A stretch of DNA of 64,000 bases from an uncultured Methanosarcinales archaeon (GTDB lineage: Archaea > Nanobdellota > Nanobdellia > Woesearchaeales > GW2011-AR15). This document shows, one piece after another, positions 46,555-56,892 of the stretch; positions within the stretch are counted from its first letter, which is position 1; each line of letters opens with the position of its first letter. A program made the translations under genes and the position numbers. Below the pieces are notes generated by a model. That model was not told the DNA's origin and did no database searches. It saw only the letters and a program-made list of their open reading frames with translations. The stretch is taken from assembly GCA_964552005.1 (NCBI GenBank), contig CAZKFC010000002.1, positions 35,188-99,187 of the forward strand. The letters are read 5' to 3'.

Positions 46555-47217
46555 TTGAAGCTTTACAATTATTTAAATATATGCGTTCCTTTACAAAAGA
46601 ATATGACAGACGAATCTTTTTTACTTGTGAGTCTTGAAGAAGAGAAAGCAAAGAAATTGGCTCAAGTATTAAGTAATGACACTGCTAGAAAAATATTAGA
46701 TTATTTATCTAAAAAAGATCTTGTTACTGAGACACAGATAGCCAAAGCGTTAAAATTGCCGTTGTCAACTGTTCATTACAACTTACAACTTTTGGTTAAA
46801 TCTGATTTAATTAAGGACGAACATTTTACTTATTCAGAGAAAGGCAAACAAATAATCCATTATTCTCTCTCTAATAAATATGTAATCATCGCTCCAAAAA
46901 AAACTGAGCAGTTAAAAGAAAAGTTAAAGAAATTTTTGCCTGTTGTTTTTATTACAACTACTGTTTCATTGTTAATCAAATATTTTTGGCAAGATACAAT
47001 TATTAGAAGCTTATCTAAAAATATAATGACAACATACGCCGAAGAAGCTGCTGTGGCTGGTGCTGACATGTTTGCTAGAGCTCCTGCTGTACAAGAAATC
47101 TCTACACTAAATAACCAAGAATTTGCAATATGTTTTTTATTTGGTGGTGTTTTTGCTTTACTCACATACTTTATCTGGGCAGAAATTATTCTGAAAAAGT
47201 ACAATAAAAAACAATAG
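46555..47217 (+). CDS. ArsR-family wHTH transcription regulator with a C-terminal membrane anchor.
   Basis: 'TQIAKALKLPLSTVHYNLQLLVKSDLI' recognition helix and two C-terminal hydrophobic segments. Confidence 0.52.
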   Translation: MKLYNYLNICVPLQKNMTDESFLLVSLEEEKAKKLAQVLSNDTARKILDYLSKKDLVTETQIAKALKLPLSTVHYNLQLLVKSDLIKDEHFTYSEKGKQIIHYSLSNKYVIIAPKKTEQLKEKLKKFLPVVFITTTVSLLIKYFWQDTIIRSLSKNIMTTYAEEAAVAGADMFARAPAVQEISTLNNQEFAICFLFGGVFALLTYFIWAEIILKKYNKKQ

Positions 47218-47267
47218 AAACCTTTTTATTCTAGTTCTTATTAAATCCTTCTTAAAAAAGAGGAAAG

Positions 47268-48278
47268 ATGAAGAAACCCATTATCAAAATTGATAAAGTC
47301 AAGAAAGCATTTAATGGTAATGTTGTTTTGGACGGAATTAGTATTGAGATTGAAGAAAACGAAATTTTTGCTATTATCGGCGGTTCTGGAACAGGCAAAA
47401 CAACTTTACTTAACACAATAATTGGTTTTCTACATCCTGACTCTGGTGAAGTTTTTTTTAAGGATGATAATATTTTTGAAACTTCAAGCACTTCACAGTT
47501 CAGGCCTGTTCTTGAGAATATTGAAACTGTTAAAAGAAAGTTTGGTTTTGCGGCACAATCTCCTTCCTTTTACTCAAAGTTAACTGTCTTTGAAAACCTT
47601 GACTATTTTGCTGCTTTATACAACTTAACAACTGAAGCGCGTTTGACTAATATAAACACAATACTTGACTTGGTTGAGCTAGATAAAGCAAGAGACGTCC
47701 AAGCCAAAAACCTTTCAGGCGGAATGCAGAGACGTTTAGACATGGCATGTGCCCTTGTTCATGATCCTGACATCTTGATTTTAGACGAGCCAACTTCTGA
47801 TTTAGATCCCATGCTAGCCAGACATATTTGGAAATTGATAGAAAAAATCAACAAACGAGGCACCACCATTATAGTGGCGACCCATGATTTATCAGAAATT
47901 GAGACTATTTGCACAAGGATTGCTATATTAAGCAATGCAAAAATTGAACATATAGGAACAATGCACGAGCTAACAAGCATGTTGTCTCGCGGTTTGGAAA
48001 TACATCTTGAAACTTACCCGGGAAATTATGATAAGATACTAAAACATTTGAAAGATCCCTTAATAACAGAAAAAGAAAATCGCGGCAACAAATGTGTTAT
48101 TCATACTGCCAAACCACAAAAGGTCTTATTAAAGATATTAAATGCATTATCCGAGCTAGACGAAACCTTAATGGAAGTTAACATAACTAAATTAAGTTTA
48201 AGCGATGTGTTTTCAAAAATAACAAAAAAACGAATGAAGAAAGATGAAGACAAGCAAAATAATAAAAAAGAACATTAA
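47268..48278 (+). CDS. ABC transporter ATP-binding protein.
   Basis: Walker A 'GGSGTGKTT', signature 'LSGGMQRRL', Walker B 'ILILDEPTSDLD'. Confidence 0.85.
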   Translation: MKKPIIKIDKVKKAFNGNVVLDGISIEIEENEIFAIIGGSGTGKTTLLNTIIGFLHPDSGEVFFKDDNIFETSSTSQFRPVLENIETVKRKFGFAAQSPSFYSKLTVFENLDYFAALYNLTTEARLTNINTILDLVELDKARDVQAKNLSGGMQRRLDMACALVHDPDILILDEPTSDLDPMLARHIWKLIEKINKRGTTIIVATHDLSEIETICTRIAILSNAKIEHIGTMHELTSMLSRGLEIHLETYPGNYDKILKHLKDPLITEKENRGNKCVIHTAKPQKVLLKILNALSELDETLMEVNITKLSLSDVFSKITKKRMKKDEDKQNNKKEH

Positions 48279-50235
48279 ATTGTTGACCAGGTCCAGAACA
48301 TCTACTTTAGTCTTAATTTTTGGTCCGTTATTAGTTATTGTTCTTGTTGGCATGTCTTTCAGCACAAGTAGTTTTCATTTAAATATAGGCGTGTTTTCAG
48401 AAAAATATTCTGATCTAAGCAACAGTTTTGTTGACAAGCTAAGCTCAGAAGGATACTCTGTAACAAGGTATGACACTGAAGAACTTTGTATTGAAAGTGT
48501 TAAAGAAGGCCAGAGCCATGCGTGTATTGTTTTCCCGGCAGATCTTGTTATTGAAAATGAAAATTCAAATGTGATTAAGTTCCATGTGGACCAGTCACAG
48601 ATTAATCTTGTATATTTGGTAATGTCGACTTTATCAGGATCATTTGGCGAAAAAAGTAGTGAGATAAGTAAAGACTTAACCAGTACAATTGTCACTACTT
48701 TGTTTGATACAAAAACAGAGCTTGACAATTCCAAGAATTTAATTACAGACATCTTATCAAAAAATAGTGATTTAACAACCAACTCTGAGAAATCTATTAG
48801 TAAGTTAGAAGATCTTGACTTTGACACAGGCAGTGTTTCTGATGTTGACTCTGCCATATCCGATGTGAGAAACAAATTAGATGATTTATTAGACGATTCC
48901 ATCGAATTAGTTGAAGACGGTTTGGATTTAGTTGAAGCTATGGAACATTATGAGTCAGAAGTTAATGATAGTAACGCCTATATGAATGATTTAGATGACA
49001 TAACCGATAATTTAAACGAGTTAAACAGTACAATAAAGACAAAACACAATGCAACTGCTAGAGAATTGAATGAGTTTGCTAATGAAATTATAGATACGTT
49101 TGACGATTTAGCAAAAAAACTTGATGAAGCAGGAGATGTTAATAAAGAGGTTATTACTAAACTAAACAATATTAGAGATAATTCTGAAGAATTAAAGCAG
49201 AAAAGCGATGAATTAGACACAAAAATAAAAGAATTAATTTCTAATATCAACTCTGTGCAGGTTACCAATATTGAGAACATTGTTACTCCAATTAAAACAG
49301 AAATAAATCCCGTTGTCAAATCTCAATCTAATCTTGGCTTTCTATTCCCCAGTTTAATAGTTATGTTAATCATGTTCATTGGATTGCTACTGCCATCCAC
49401 ATTAATTATAATGGAGAAAAACTCTAAAGCCTATTTCAGAGTTTTCACAACTCCAACAAAAAGTTGGTTATTTGTCTTGGCAACCTTTTTGACTAGTATG
49501 ATAATGATTTTTTTCCAGATAATTATAATTTTGACTGTGTCACAGTTTTATTTCAAGATAAATTTCATGCAATCCTTCTTTATTTTGTTCTTATCTTTAA
49601 TTGTGATTATGACCTTTTTCATTCTTTTAGGCATGTTCCTAGGATACATTTTTAATACTGAAGAAATGGCAATGCTTGCCTCAGTTAGCTTAGGAACTTT
49701 GTTCTTATTAACTTCAGGCATCATATTCCCGTTAGAAAGCATGCCCCAATATATATTAAAGTATGCAAAGATGAATCCTGTTGTGCTGGGCAGTGAGTTG
49801 TTCAAAAAATCTATCCTGTTTGGTTCAGACTTTAACTCTGTTAAAGGCCCGCTTGGGTATCTTACACTCTTTTCAATAATCATCTTAGGAGTTATCTTTT
49901 TGATCAAGAAAGCCGGTAAACTGCAGTTTATGTTTAAAAAACCAAGCAGAATGAAAATTAAGAAGGATTGGTTAATTAAACAGTTTGATTTTGGAGAAAG
50001 AAAAGCAAAAACATTGCCAGAATTTATTGTTTCTATACAAAACATGAGTGATGAAAAGTTCCACTCATTATTAAAACAAGACGCTATAAAAGACTGGCTT
50101 TCCTTAGTGCATAAAAACAGATATTTGGCAACCAAAATTGAAGGCGCAAAAACCCGGGGAAACATAGTTAATGTTCTTGTAGAAGAATTGAAACGGATTT
50201 CTGAAGAAAAAAATAAGGGCAAATTAAAGCACTAA
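48244..50235 (+). CDS. ABC-2-type permease with a large extracytoplasmic coiled-coil domain (YhgE/Pip-like).
   Basis: N-terminal TM, about 300-aa D/E/N/S-rich helical ectodomain, then six C-terminal TMs. Confidence 0.62.
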   Translation: MKTSKIIKKNIKLLTRSRTSTLVLIFGPLLVIVLVGMSFSTSSFHLNIGVFSEKYSDLSNSFVDKLSSEGYSVTRYDTEELCIESVKEGQSHACIVFPADLVIENENSNVIKFHVDQSQINLVYLVMSTLSGSFGEKSSEISKDLTSTIVTTLFDTKTELDNSKNLITDILSKNSDLTTNSEKSISKLEDLDFDTGSVSDVDSAISDVRNKLDDLLDDSIELVEDGLDLVEAMEHYESEVNDSNAYMNDLDDITDNLNELNSTIKTKHNATARELNEFANEIIDTFDDLAKKLDEAGDVNKEVITKLNNIRDNSEELKQKSDELDTKIKELISNINSVQVTNIENIVTPIKTEINPVVKSQSNLGFLFPSLIVMLIMFIGLLLPSTLIIMEKNSKAYFRVFTTPTKSWLFVLATFLTSMIMIFFQIIIILTVSQFYFKINFMQSFFILFLSLIVIMTFFILLGMFLGYIFNTEEMAMLASVSLGTLFLLTSGIIFPLESMPQYILKYAKMNPVVLGSELFKKSILFGSDFNSVKGPLGYLTLFSIIILGVIFLIKKAGKLQFMFKKPSRMKIKKDWLIKQFDFGERKAKTLPEFIVSIQNMSDEKFHSLLKQDAIKDWLSLVHKNRYLATKIEGAKTRGNIVNVLVEELKRISEEKNKGKLKH

Positions 50236-50267
50236 TAATATAAAAGTATGATTTTTTCTTTTAAGGA

Positions 50268-50939
50268 ATGGAAAGGTTTGGGAATATAACTTTAATTGGC
50301 ACGTCTCACATAGCAAAGGAAAGCATAGAAAAAGTAAATAACAGTATTACAGAAATTAAACCTGAGATAGTTGCTCTTGAACTAGATCCTGGAAGGGCGT
50401 ATGCGCTTCAGCACAAGTTTAAAAGAGCAAAAAACATTTCTCTATTAAAGACATTGGGCTTATCCGGATTTTTATTTTATATTTTTGGAGAGATAACACA
50501 AAAAAAACTTGGGAAAATAGTAAATTTAAAGCCTGGTTCTGAAATGTTGGCCGCAATGAAAACTGCTGAAAAAACAGGATGTAAAATTGCGTTAATAGAT
50601 AGAGACATTCAAATCACGTTAAGAAGGTTTTCAAAACATTTTAGGAAAAAGGAAATTCTAAAACTTTTGTTAGACCTGGTTAAGGGAATCTTTAAAAAAA
50701 ACAAGTTTAAAATAGACTTATCAAAGGTACCGTCTGATAAAGTAATAGATTATGCAATGAAGCAAGTTAAGAAAAACTATCCCAGTTTATATAAAGTTTT
50801 GGTTGAGGAACGCGACGTTTATATGGCAAAACAGCTCATAAGGATAACTCAATTAAACCCTGATAAAAAGATAGTTGCTGTTGTTGGAGCAGGACATATT
50901 AAAGGAATTCTAAACTATTTGACAAATCATGCTATATAA
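50268..50939 (+). CDS. TraB/PrgY family protein.
   Basis: 'ITLIGTSHIAKESIEKV' and 'VVGAGHIKGI' motifs. Confidence 0.6.
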   Translation: MERFGNITLIGTSHIAKESIEKVNNSITEIKPEIVALELDPGRAYALQHKFKRAKNISLLKTLGLSGFLFYIFGEITQKKLGKIVNLKPGSEMLAAMKTAEKTGCKIALIDRDIQITLRRFSKHFRKKEILKLLLDLVKGIFKKNKFKIDLSKVPSDKVIDYAMKQVKKNYPSLYKVLVEERDVYMAKQLIRITQLNPDKKIVAVVGAGHIKGILNYLTNHAI

Positions 50940-50977
50940 AGAAACTTTTATATAGTCTTTTTATTAAATTTAATGTT

Positions 50978-51730
50978 ATGGGATCCTACGCTGAAGAACA
51001 TAGAACTTTTTTTTATAATTTAAAGAGGTACGGCTTCTCGTTGTCAAAAGAAGAATTAAAACAGATTATAATCACTGTTCTGGTGATAGCTTTTGTCTGG
51101 TCTTTCAACAAATGGGGCGATGTCACTTTTGATTTCATGGAAGGAATAAAAAATTTCTTTTTAGGAGCAATTTTTGCTTTTATTGGCCTTGTTTTCAACC
51201 AGATAGGACAAAGAGTTGTGGCTGTTCATTACGGTTATGACCCCATATATGAATACGGTATTTTCGGACTAATGATTGCTCTAGTGATAACATTTGCGTC
51301 GCGCGGCTTATTAGTTTTTTTCCTTCCGGGAGCTATAAACATCAGACATTTGGCTGCTTCCAGGCTGGGCGAATTTAGGTATTACACAAATGACTGGGAA
51401 TGGGCAAAAGCAGGATTTATGGGGCCTTTTTTAAACATATTATTAGCTGTAATACTTTCTGTTTTTAAAAGCAATCCTCTTGCAAGACAATTAATGATCC
51501 TTAATTTATTGTTTGCCTGGTACTCTCTAATTCCTTTACCTGGAAATTTAGGACTATACTTGTTTTATCCCCACATATATCTCTGGACTTTTACTGTTGG
51601 CATTGTGTTGGCAGTAACATTAATGGTGTTTTTTTTAAATCCTATACTAACAATAATTTTTGGGATTATATTTGGCGTGTTTGCCATGGCGTGGCATTAT
51701 ATAAAGATAGATGACCAGTTTACCTATTAA
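50978..51730 (+). CDS. Polytopic membrane protein; possibly a degenerate M50-like homolog lacking HExxH.
   Basis: 'NLLFAWYSLIPLPGN' resembles the M50 'NLLPIPPLDGG' region, but no HExxH is present. Confidence 0.4.
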   Translation: MGSYAEEHRTFFYNLKRYGFSLSKEELKQIIITVLVIAFVWSFNKWGDVTFDFMEGIKNFFLGAIFAFIGLVFNQIGQRVVAVHYGYDPIYEYGIFGLMIALVITFASRGLLVFFLPGAINIRHLAASRLGEFRYYTNDWEWAKAGFMGPFLNILLAVILSVFKSNPLARQLMILNLLFAWYSLIPLPGNLGLYLFYPHIYLWTFTVGIVLAVTLMVFFLNPILTIIFGIIFGVFAMAWHYIKIDDQFTY

Positions 51731-51783
51731 CAGAAATCTTTATAAGATTAGATACTTTTAAATATTAGCTAAATAATTAAAAA

Positions 51784-52080
51784 TTGGGGTTGATACTCAT
51801 GACTGAAAAAAAGATTGTAACTGAAGATTCAAAAAAGTTTTCAAAACAATTACTGGGAAAGACCATTGTAAGCAAAACAGGTAAACGCTTTGGTGAGGTT
51901 GGCGACTTAATATTTGAGACAAGATCTGGTGAATTAATTCACATGGTTGTTAATAATCCAACAGCATACACTGAAAAACTGGAACTGGAAAAAGATAAGC
52001 AAGGCCGCATCTTGATTCCGTTTAGCGCGGTTATTGCAATGGGCGACTTTATGGTAATTGCTGAAGAAGATATTATCTAA
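51784..52080 (+). CDS. PRC-barrel domain protein.
   Basis: 'LLGKTIVSKTGKRFGEVGDLIFETRSGELIHMVV'. Confidence 0.58.
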   Translation: MGLILMTEKKIVTEDSKKFSKQLLGKTIVSKTGKRFGEVGDLIFETRSGELIHMVVNNPTAYTEKLELEKDKQGRILIPFSAVIAMGDFMVIAEEDII

Positions 52081-52119
52081 TAATTAACTTTTTAAATTAA
52101 ATTTCTTTCTGAGAAACTT

Positions 52120-53082
52120 ATGATTGATATAGAAAACATGATATGGACTGAAAAGTACCGTCCTAAAATTTTTGATGAAGTTAAAGGCCAAGATAATATT
52201 GTTAAACGTGCTAGGGCATTCGTAAAGCAAAGAAACATGCCCCATTTGTTATTTGCCGGGCCAGCTGGTGTCGGTAAATCTACATTAGCATTAGTAATTG
52301 CAAGAGAATTGTTTAAAGAAAGCTGGAGAGACAATTTATTGGAATTAAATGCTTCTGATGAACGGGGCATTGATGTTATTCGTGTAAAGGTAAAAGATTT
52401 CGCCCGCACTAAAGCTTTGGGAAATGTTCCTTTTAAAATTATATTCTTAGATGAATGTGATGCATTGACAAGAGAAGCGCAGCAAGCTTTAAGAAGAACA
52501 ATGGAAAACTATACAAGAACCTGTCGTTTTATTCTATCATGCAACTTTTCATCAAAAATAATTGATCCTATTCAAAGTAGGTGTGTTGTTTTTAAGTTTA
52601 AACCTTTGCCAAAAAAAGATATATTTGAAATTGTTGAAAGTATTGCAAAAAAAGAAAACTTAGTTATAGATAATAAAACAAAACAAGCATTATATGAGAT
52701 AAGTAATGGCGACTGCAGAAAAGTTGAAAATATTTTACAGAGTTCAGCTGCCCTTACTAATAACATTGATGAAAAGGTGATTTATTCTGTTGCGTCTCAA
52801 GCCCTGCCTAAGGAAGTAAATGAAATTCTTGAATTAGCTATCTCAAACAACATCCTAGAATCAAGAAAAAAATTACTTAACACAATGCTTGAGAATGGTT
52901 TATCTGGACTAGATATAATAAAACAAATCCAAAGTTTAATTTGGCAGTTGGACATAGAAAATATTAAAAAGCTCAACATGATAAAACTGTGTGGTGAGAT
53001 TGAGTTTAGATTGGTAGAAGGCAGTGACGAGTTTATACAAATTGAAGCCTTGTTAGCGGGGATTGCTCAACTAAACAACTAA
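52120..53082 (+). CDS. rfcS: Replication factor C small subunit.
   Basis: 'WTEKYRP', Walker A 'GPAGVGKST', 'LDECDALT', 'SRC' motif 'IQSRCVVFKF'. No intein. Confidence 0.88.
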   Translation: MIDIENMIWTEKYRPKIFDEVKGQDNIVKRARAFVKQRNMPHLLFAGPAGVGKSTLALVIARELFKESWRDNLLELNASDERGIDVIRVKVKDFARTKALGNVPFKIIFLDECDALTREAQQALRRTMENYTRTCRFILSCNFSSKIIDPIQSRCVVFKFKPLPKKDIFEIVESIAKKENLVIDNKTKQALYEISNGDCRKVENILQSSAALTNNIDEKVIYSVASQALPKEVNEILELAISNNILESRKKLLNTMLENGLSGLDIIKQIQSLIWQLDIENIKKLNMIKLCGEIEFRLVEGSDEFIQIEALLAGIAQLNN

Positions 53083-53106
53083 AAAAAGAGGATTATTAAA
53101 GAGGAA

Positions 53107-54066
53107 ATGTCTAAATTGCCTGATTTGGAAGACATTGAAACTGTTTCTGAGAATGCCGAGTTTGGTGTAGAGAGCCACCTGGATAATACTGAACAAGTTC
53201 TTAAGAGACTTATGATAAACATTCAAGCATTTAAAAAGATTGAACAGGAAAACAAAAAACTTAAACAGATGATTCTCGAAAATCAAAAGTTAATAAAACA
53301 AGATTTTAAAAAAAAGCTTGAAGAAGTTGCTCAATTATCAAAACAAAAAGAAGTTGTTATTAAAAAAAATCAGCAAGTTCTGATAAAACAATTCAAAGTT
53401 TTTATTGAAAAGTTAAATAAAAAAATAATAAGAGAAATTGAAAAAAATAATCTTTTGAGAAAAAAATATTACGAGCTTTATACTATAGCCCGAAAATTGT
53501 ACTATGACAATAGAAAAATAAAAATTACTTTGTTGAAGAACAACAGTGTTCTGAGAAAAAAGTTTGAGAATAAGTTTAAAGAAATTAAGAGTTCTTTAGT
53601 AGATAAACAAAAGATTAGCGAAGACCATCATAAAACCTTGTTAAAAAAACACGAAGAACTAAAACTAGAGCTAAACAAAAAACTTATCTTGGAAAAAAGC
53701 CGGAATACGGTGCTGGAAAAAAAGTATAATGAGCTTGTTAAAGCCTCTGAAAAAATATTAGAAGATAATAAAAGATTACAAACAATGAATAAAAAAATGT
53801 TAAATGCCCTTTCATATTTCGAAAAAAGAAGTGTCGCGAACCAGAAAGTGTTGGAAGACCAAGCCAAATTAATCAGGCAAGATTTTGAGAATAAACTCAA
53901 AAAATTTGCAAAAATACAACTTAGCAAAGAGATAGAATATAAAACAAAAATAGATTCTTTAACAAAAGACTTGGAAAAATATTATGACGAGCTAAGAAAA
54001 AGTAAACAAAAGTATTATTTAAGAGAAAAACAATTAAAAGAAAAATTAAAAGAAATCCTTGACTAA
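53107..54066 (+). CDS. Lys/Glu-rich coiled-coil protein.
   Basis: Continuous heptad-like K/E/L/Q-rich sequence. Confidence 0.5.
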   Translation: MSKLPDLEDIETVSENAEFGVESHLDNTEQVLKRLMINIQAFKKIEQENKKLKQMILENQKLIKQDFKKKLEEVAQLSKQKEVVIKKNQQVLIKQFKVFIEKLNKKIIREIEKNNLLRKKYYELYTIARKLYYDNRKIKITLLKNNSVLRKKFENKFKEIKSSLVDKQKISEDHHKTLLKKHEELKLELNKKLILEKSRNTVLEKKYNELVKASEKILEDNKRLQTMNKKMLNALSYFEKRSVANQKVLEDQAKLIRQDFENKLKKFAKIQLSKEIEYKTKIDSLTKDLEKYYDELRKSKQKYYLREKQLKEKLKEILD

Positions 54067-54995
54067 TCTGCCTTTACCAATAAAGGCACTTCTTGCGTCT
54101 GCAGATAATCATAGGTTAGTTTTATTCTTATCTGGTCAAGGAAATCACTTCCTGATTCTGTCTGTTGTATGCATGAAACGTCTGCTTTGCCGTCTCTCCC
54201 CAAGTAGATTTCTCCTTCTTTCCCACCAATGCCAGGCTGACAGTTTAGGTTGGCAACATTAGAGTCTATAGAGAAATGCACTTTATTTTCAGACCTAAGT
54301 TTGTCAGAACAACCACTGTCTGGAGAAAAGAATCTTCCTGGACCAACATGCTCTATTGTAAAAACGTATTTTATTCTGTTAGAGCCGGAAGCGCTCTCGA
54401 CAAAGTTAGATACTTGTAAAGGTGCACCGGAATTGTAAATATTTTTCTCACCGCTCACTTCACAGTACGCTTGCTCCGGTGGATCTGTTGGGTTTCTTAA
54501 TACACAACCAAGAGCAACTGCCTGTGTTGAATATTTATAGCATACTTCTGCTCTAATATCAAAAGGACCATAGTTCTGAGAAATATCAGGAAGATAATTA
54601 AATTCCCCAAAAGTCACATACACTTCTGCAGGCTCTATTGTTCGTCCTTCTTCTTTTTCAACTGCAAAAATATCTTGATCAATACCCTTTTTTATTAAAT
54701 CTGCGTCTGTTACACCAAAAGAATCTGCTTGCAGCCCACTTAATTGAATATTAACGTCTTCTCCTTCTATATATGATTCTCCCATGTTCTTCAATATTAG
54801 CTCAACATAGAATGGCCAACTGTCCCCGTCTGTTACTGATTCAGGCGGTCTATCTTCTTCAAAGGTTATTTGCAGGCCTTGTTGTCCGCCAACAAAGGGA
54901 TTTGTTAAATCTCCTTCATCTGTACCTGTCTGACATTCCTGTGCCATTGTTAATAAAGCTAATACAACTAAAAACATAACCAATATTTTTCTCAT
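54063..54995 (-). CDS. Secreted protein; member 3 of a tandem three-gene paralogous family.
   Basis: Signal peptide. Shared blocks with the two upstream paralogs include 'GGQQGL', 'VCYKYSTQAVALGCV', 'NSGAPLQVSNFVE' and 'IRIKLTYDY'. Confidence 0.5.
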   Translation of the reverse strand: MRKILVMFLVVLALLTMAQECQTGTDEGDLTNPFVGGQQGLQITFEEDRPPESVTDGDSWPFYVELILKNMGESYIEGEDVNIQLSGLQADSFGVTDADLIKKGIDQDIFAVEKEEGRTIEPAEVYVTFGEFNYLPDISQNYGPFDIRAEVCYKYSTQAVALGCVLRNPTDPPEQAYCEVSGEKNIYNSGAPLQVSNFVESASGSNRIKYVFTIEHVGPGRFFSPDSGCSDKLRSENKVHFSIDSNVANLNCQPGIGGKEGEIYLGRDGKADVSCIQQTESGSDFLDQIRIKLTYDYLQTQEVPLLVKAD

Positions 54996-55042
54996 AATAT
55001 CACCTTTACTAAAAATATTATAATTAAGAATTATAAATCTTT

Positions 55043-55936
55043 CTAATTTACATTCACAATAGTAATTTCTTTTTTTGGTAAAGACTCTCTGTAATTATAA
55101 GAAATTTTTATAGGAACTTGTATCTCACTTACCGAAGAAGGCATTTTAAAGTTCCCTGTTGATTCACAGATTGTAAATCCCTTATTATTTACTAGTCTGA
55201 CCGTTCTAGGATTGCATGAGAAGTCATTGCCTCCTACACTTTCAACATAGATTCTATCTATGTTATCATAACCTAAATTAAGACAATTACCTCCTTCATA
55301 AGGGTTTCCGTTTCCTTTGTTTTGAAACTCAATTTCTAAGAAGATTTTGTTTGTTGACATTTTCTTCTCAACTTTTGAAACAACAATTGGCGCTCCCTGA
55401 CTTGTTCCAAGGTCTCTCACACTATAATCACATTCAGAAGGCCCAATAACTTCAAATTGTGTCGGATCAATACATATTTGTGGATATGCCTCTGTCCTAT
55501 ATCCATAGCATGCTGTAACAATAAAAGATTGCTTGAAACTGTCTGTTTCTGATAAAGAATTCATATTAATTCCAGATTCCCATTTAATAATATGTTCTTG
55601 AGACCCTTCAGGATTAAATCGGGTTTTGCCCTGTAAAGGCGAAGGCGGAGCAGGCTTCCCTTCATTTTTTAATCCTGTTAAAATAGAATCATCAAACCCA
55701 GTTAAATGAAATTTAAGATTGGTTGCATCACTTGCGCCTTTGTTTGAGTATTCAACATACACCAAGACATCAGACGTGCTTACAACTTCACTGGGCGGAT
55801 TCCCAGCAACAAAATTCATTACAACACCTTGTGTTCCTGTACGCCAATTATCTTGCGTAGATTGCTCTTGTTGTATAACACCAACACATCCGGTTAAAAA
55901 AACAATCAGAATAATTGTAAATAATGTTTTTTTCAT
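55043..55936 (-). CDS. Secreted lipoprotein-like protein; member 2 of the paralogous family.
   Basis: 'FLTGCVGV' lipobox-like. 'GTQGVVMNF', 'ACYGYRTEAYPQICIDP', 'SQGAPIVVSKVE' and 'IKISYNY'. Confidence 0.5.
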   Translation of the reverse strand: MKKTLFTIILIVFLTGCVGVIQQEQSTQDNWRTGTQGVVMNFVAGNPPSEVVSTSDVLVYVEYSNKGASDATNLKFHLTGFDDSILTGLKNEGKPAPPSPLQGKTRFNPEGSQEHIIKWESGINMNSLSETDSFKQSFIVTACYGYRTEAYPQICIDPTQFEVIGPSECDYSVRDLGTSQGAPIVVSKVEKKMSTNKIFLEIEFQNKGNGNPYEGGNCLNLGYDNIDRIYVESVGGNDFSCNPRTVRLVNNKGFTICESTGNFKMPSSVSEIQVPIKISYNYRESLPKKEITIVNVN

Positions 55937-55938
55937 TT

Positions 55939-56892
55939 TTAATAAGGCAATATTTTCTTTATTTTAATTTCTTTTGATGACGACTCTGTGTATCCATATA
56001 CTATTTCAACTGTTAACGGAGTTTGATATGCATAATTTTCATTTACAGATTTTTCTAATGTACATGTTATAAAATCTTGCTCATTTCTCAAAACAAGGTC
56101 TTCTGGGATACAATTAAAATCTTTTTTTGTAAATTCTGAGAATTGAATTTTAGATATCCTGACTATATTATAAACCTCTGTAGTAGCAGATTCTTTATTA
56201 CAAACTAATCTTGTTGTGCCTTCTTTTAATACTGTTCCTTGACCTTGGTTTGTAACATAAATTTTAAATTGTGGACTTACAGTAGAGTCATCATTCACCA
56301 TCATTCGCGTCTCAATTTTATCAATAACAACAGGACCACCTTGCCCACCTGATAGACTAATACTTTCTTTTAAATTACATTCTTTTTCTCTAGAAGTAGT
56401 ATCAAAAGGATCTGGATCAATACATACGTCGGCAATAGCAATCCCTTTATAATCATAACACAATGTTGTTAAAATAACTGTGTCATGGTACTCACTTAAA
56501 TCATCTAATGACTTAACTATCATAGGTAATTCAACAACATCAAAATCATCTAATGGATTAAAAATTGTTTTTCCTTCTAACGGAGCAATTTCTCTTACCT
56601 TAATATTGGTTAATGCCTCTGGATCACTGGCAAAAGTCATATACCCCTTTTCTAAACTAACCAAAAGCCGTATATTATGAGCAGTATATGGTCCTTTATT
56701 TGTTAATTTAACAGCATAATCTAATTTCTCATTCTCAAAAACCTCATCAGGAAAATTATTTTCAAAATATTCTAAAATTACTCCTTGTGTGCCTTTATAC
56801 AGATCTTTCTCAAGTTCTGCATCATTATTGTTGTTAGAGGTACAAGAAGTAATTAAAATGATTAATAATAAAAAAATAATTTTGTTTTTCAT
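55939..56892 (-). CDS. Secreted lipoprotein-like protein; member 1 of the paralogous family.
   Basis: 'ILITSCTSN'. 'GTQGVILEYF', 'LCYDYKGIAIADVCIDP', 'SGGQGGPVVIDKIE' and 'VEIVYGY'. Confidence 0.5.
   Translation of the reverse strand: MKNKIIFLLLIILITSCTSNNNNDAELEKDLYKGTQGVILEYFENNFPDEVFENEKLDYAVKLTNKGPYTAHNIRLLVSLEKGYMTFASDPEALTNIKVREIAPLEGKTIFNPLDDFDVVELPMIVKSLDDLSEYHDTVILTTLCYDYKGIAIADVCIDPDPFDTTSREKECNLKESISLSGGQGGPVVIDKIETRMMVNDDSTVSPQFKIYVTNQGQGTVLKEGTTRLVCNKESATTEVYNIVRISKIQFSEFTKKDFNCIPEDLVLRNEQDFITCTLEKSVNENYAYQTPLTVEIVYGYTESSSKEIKIKKILPY

Noticed and set aside
46199-46651. Full-length 150-aa version of the small membrane protein ORF.
   Set aside because: Its first 54 codons would overlap the ArsR gene on the opposite strand by 97 nt and contain no features. 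The internal Met start gives a compact two-TM protein.
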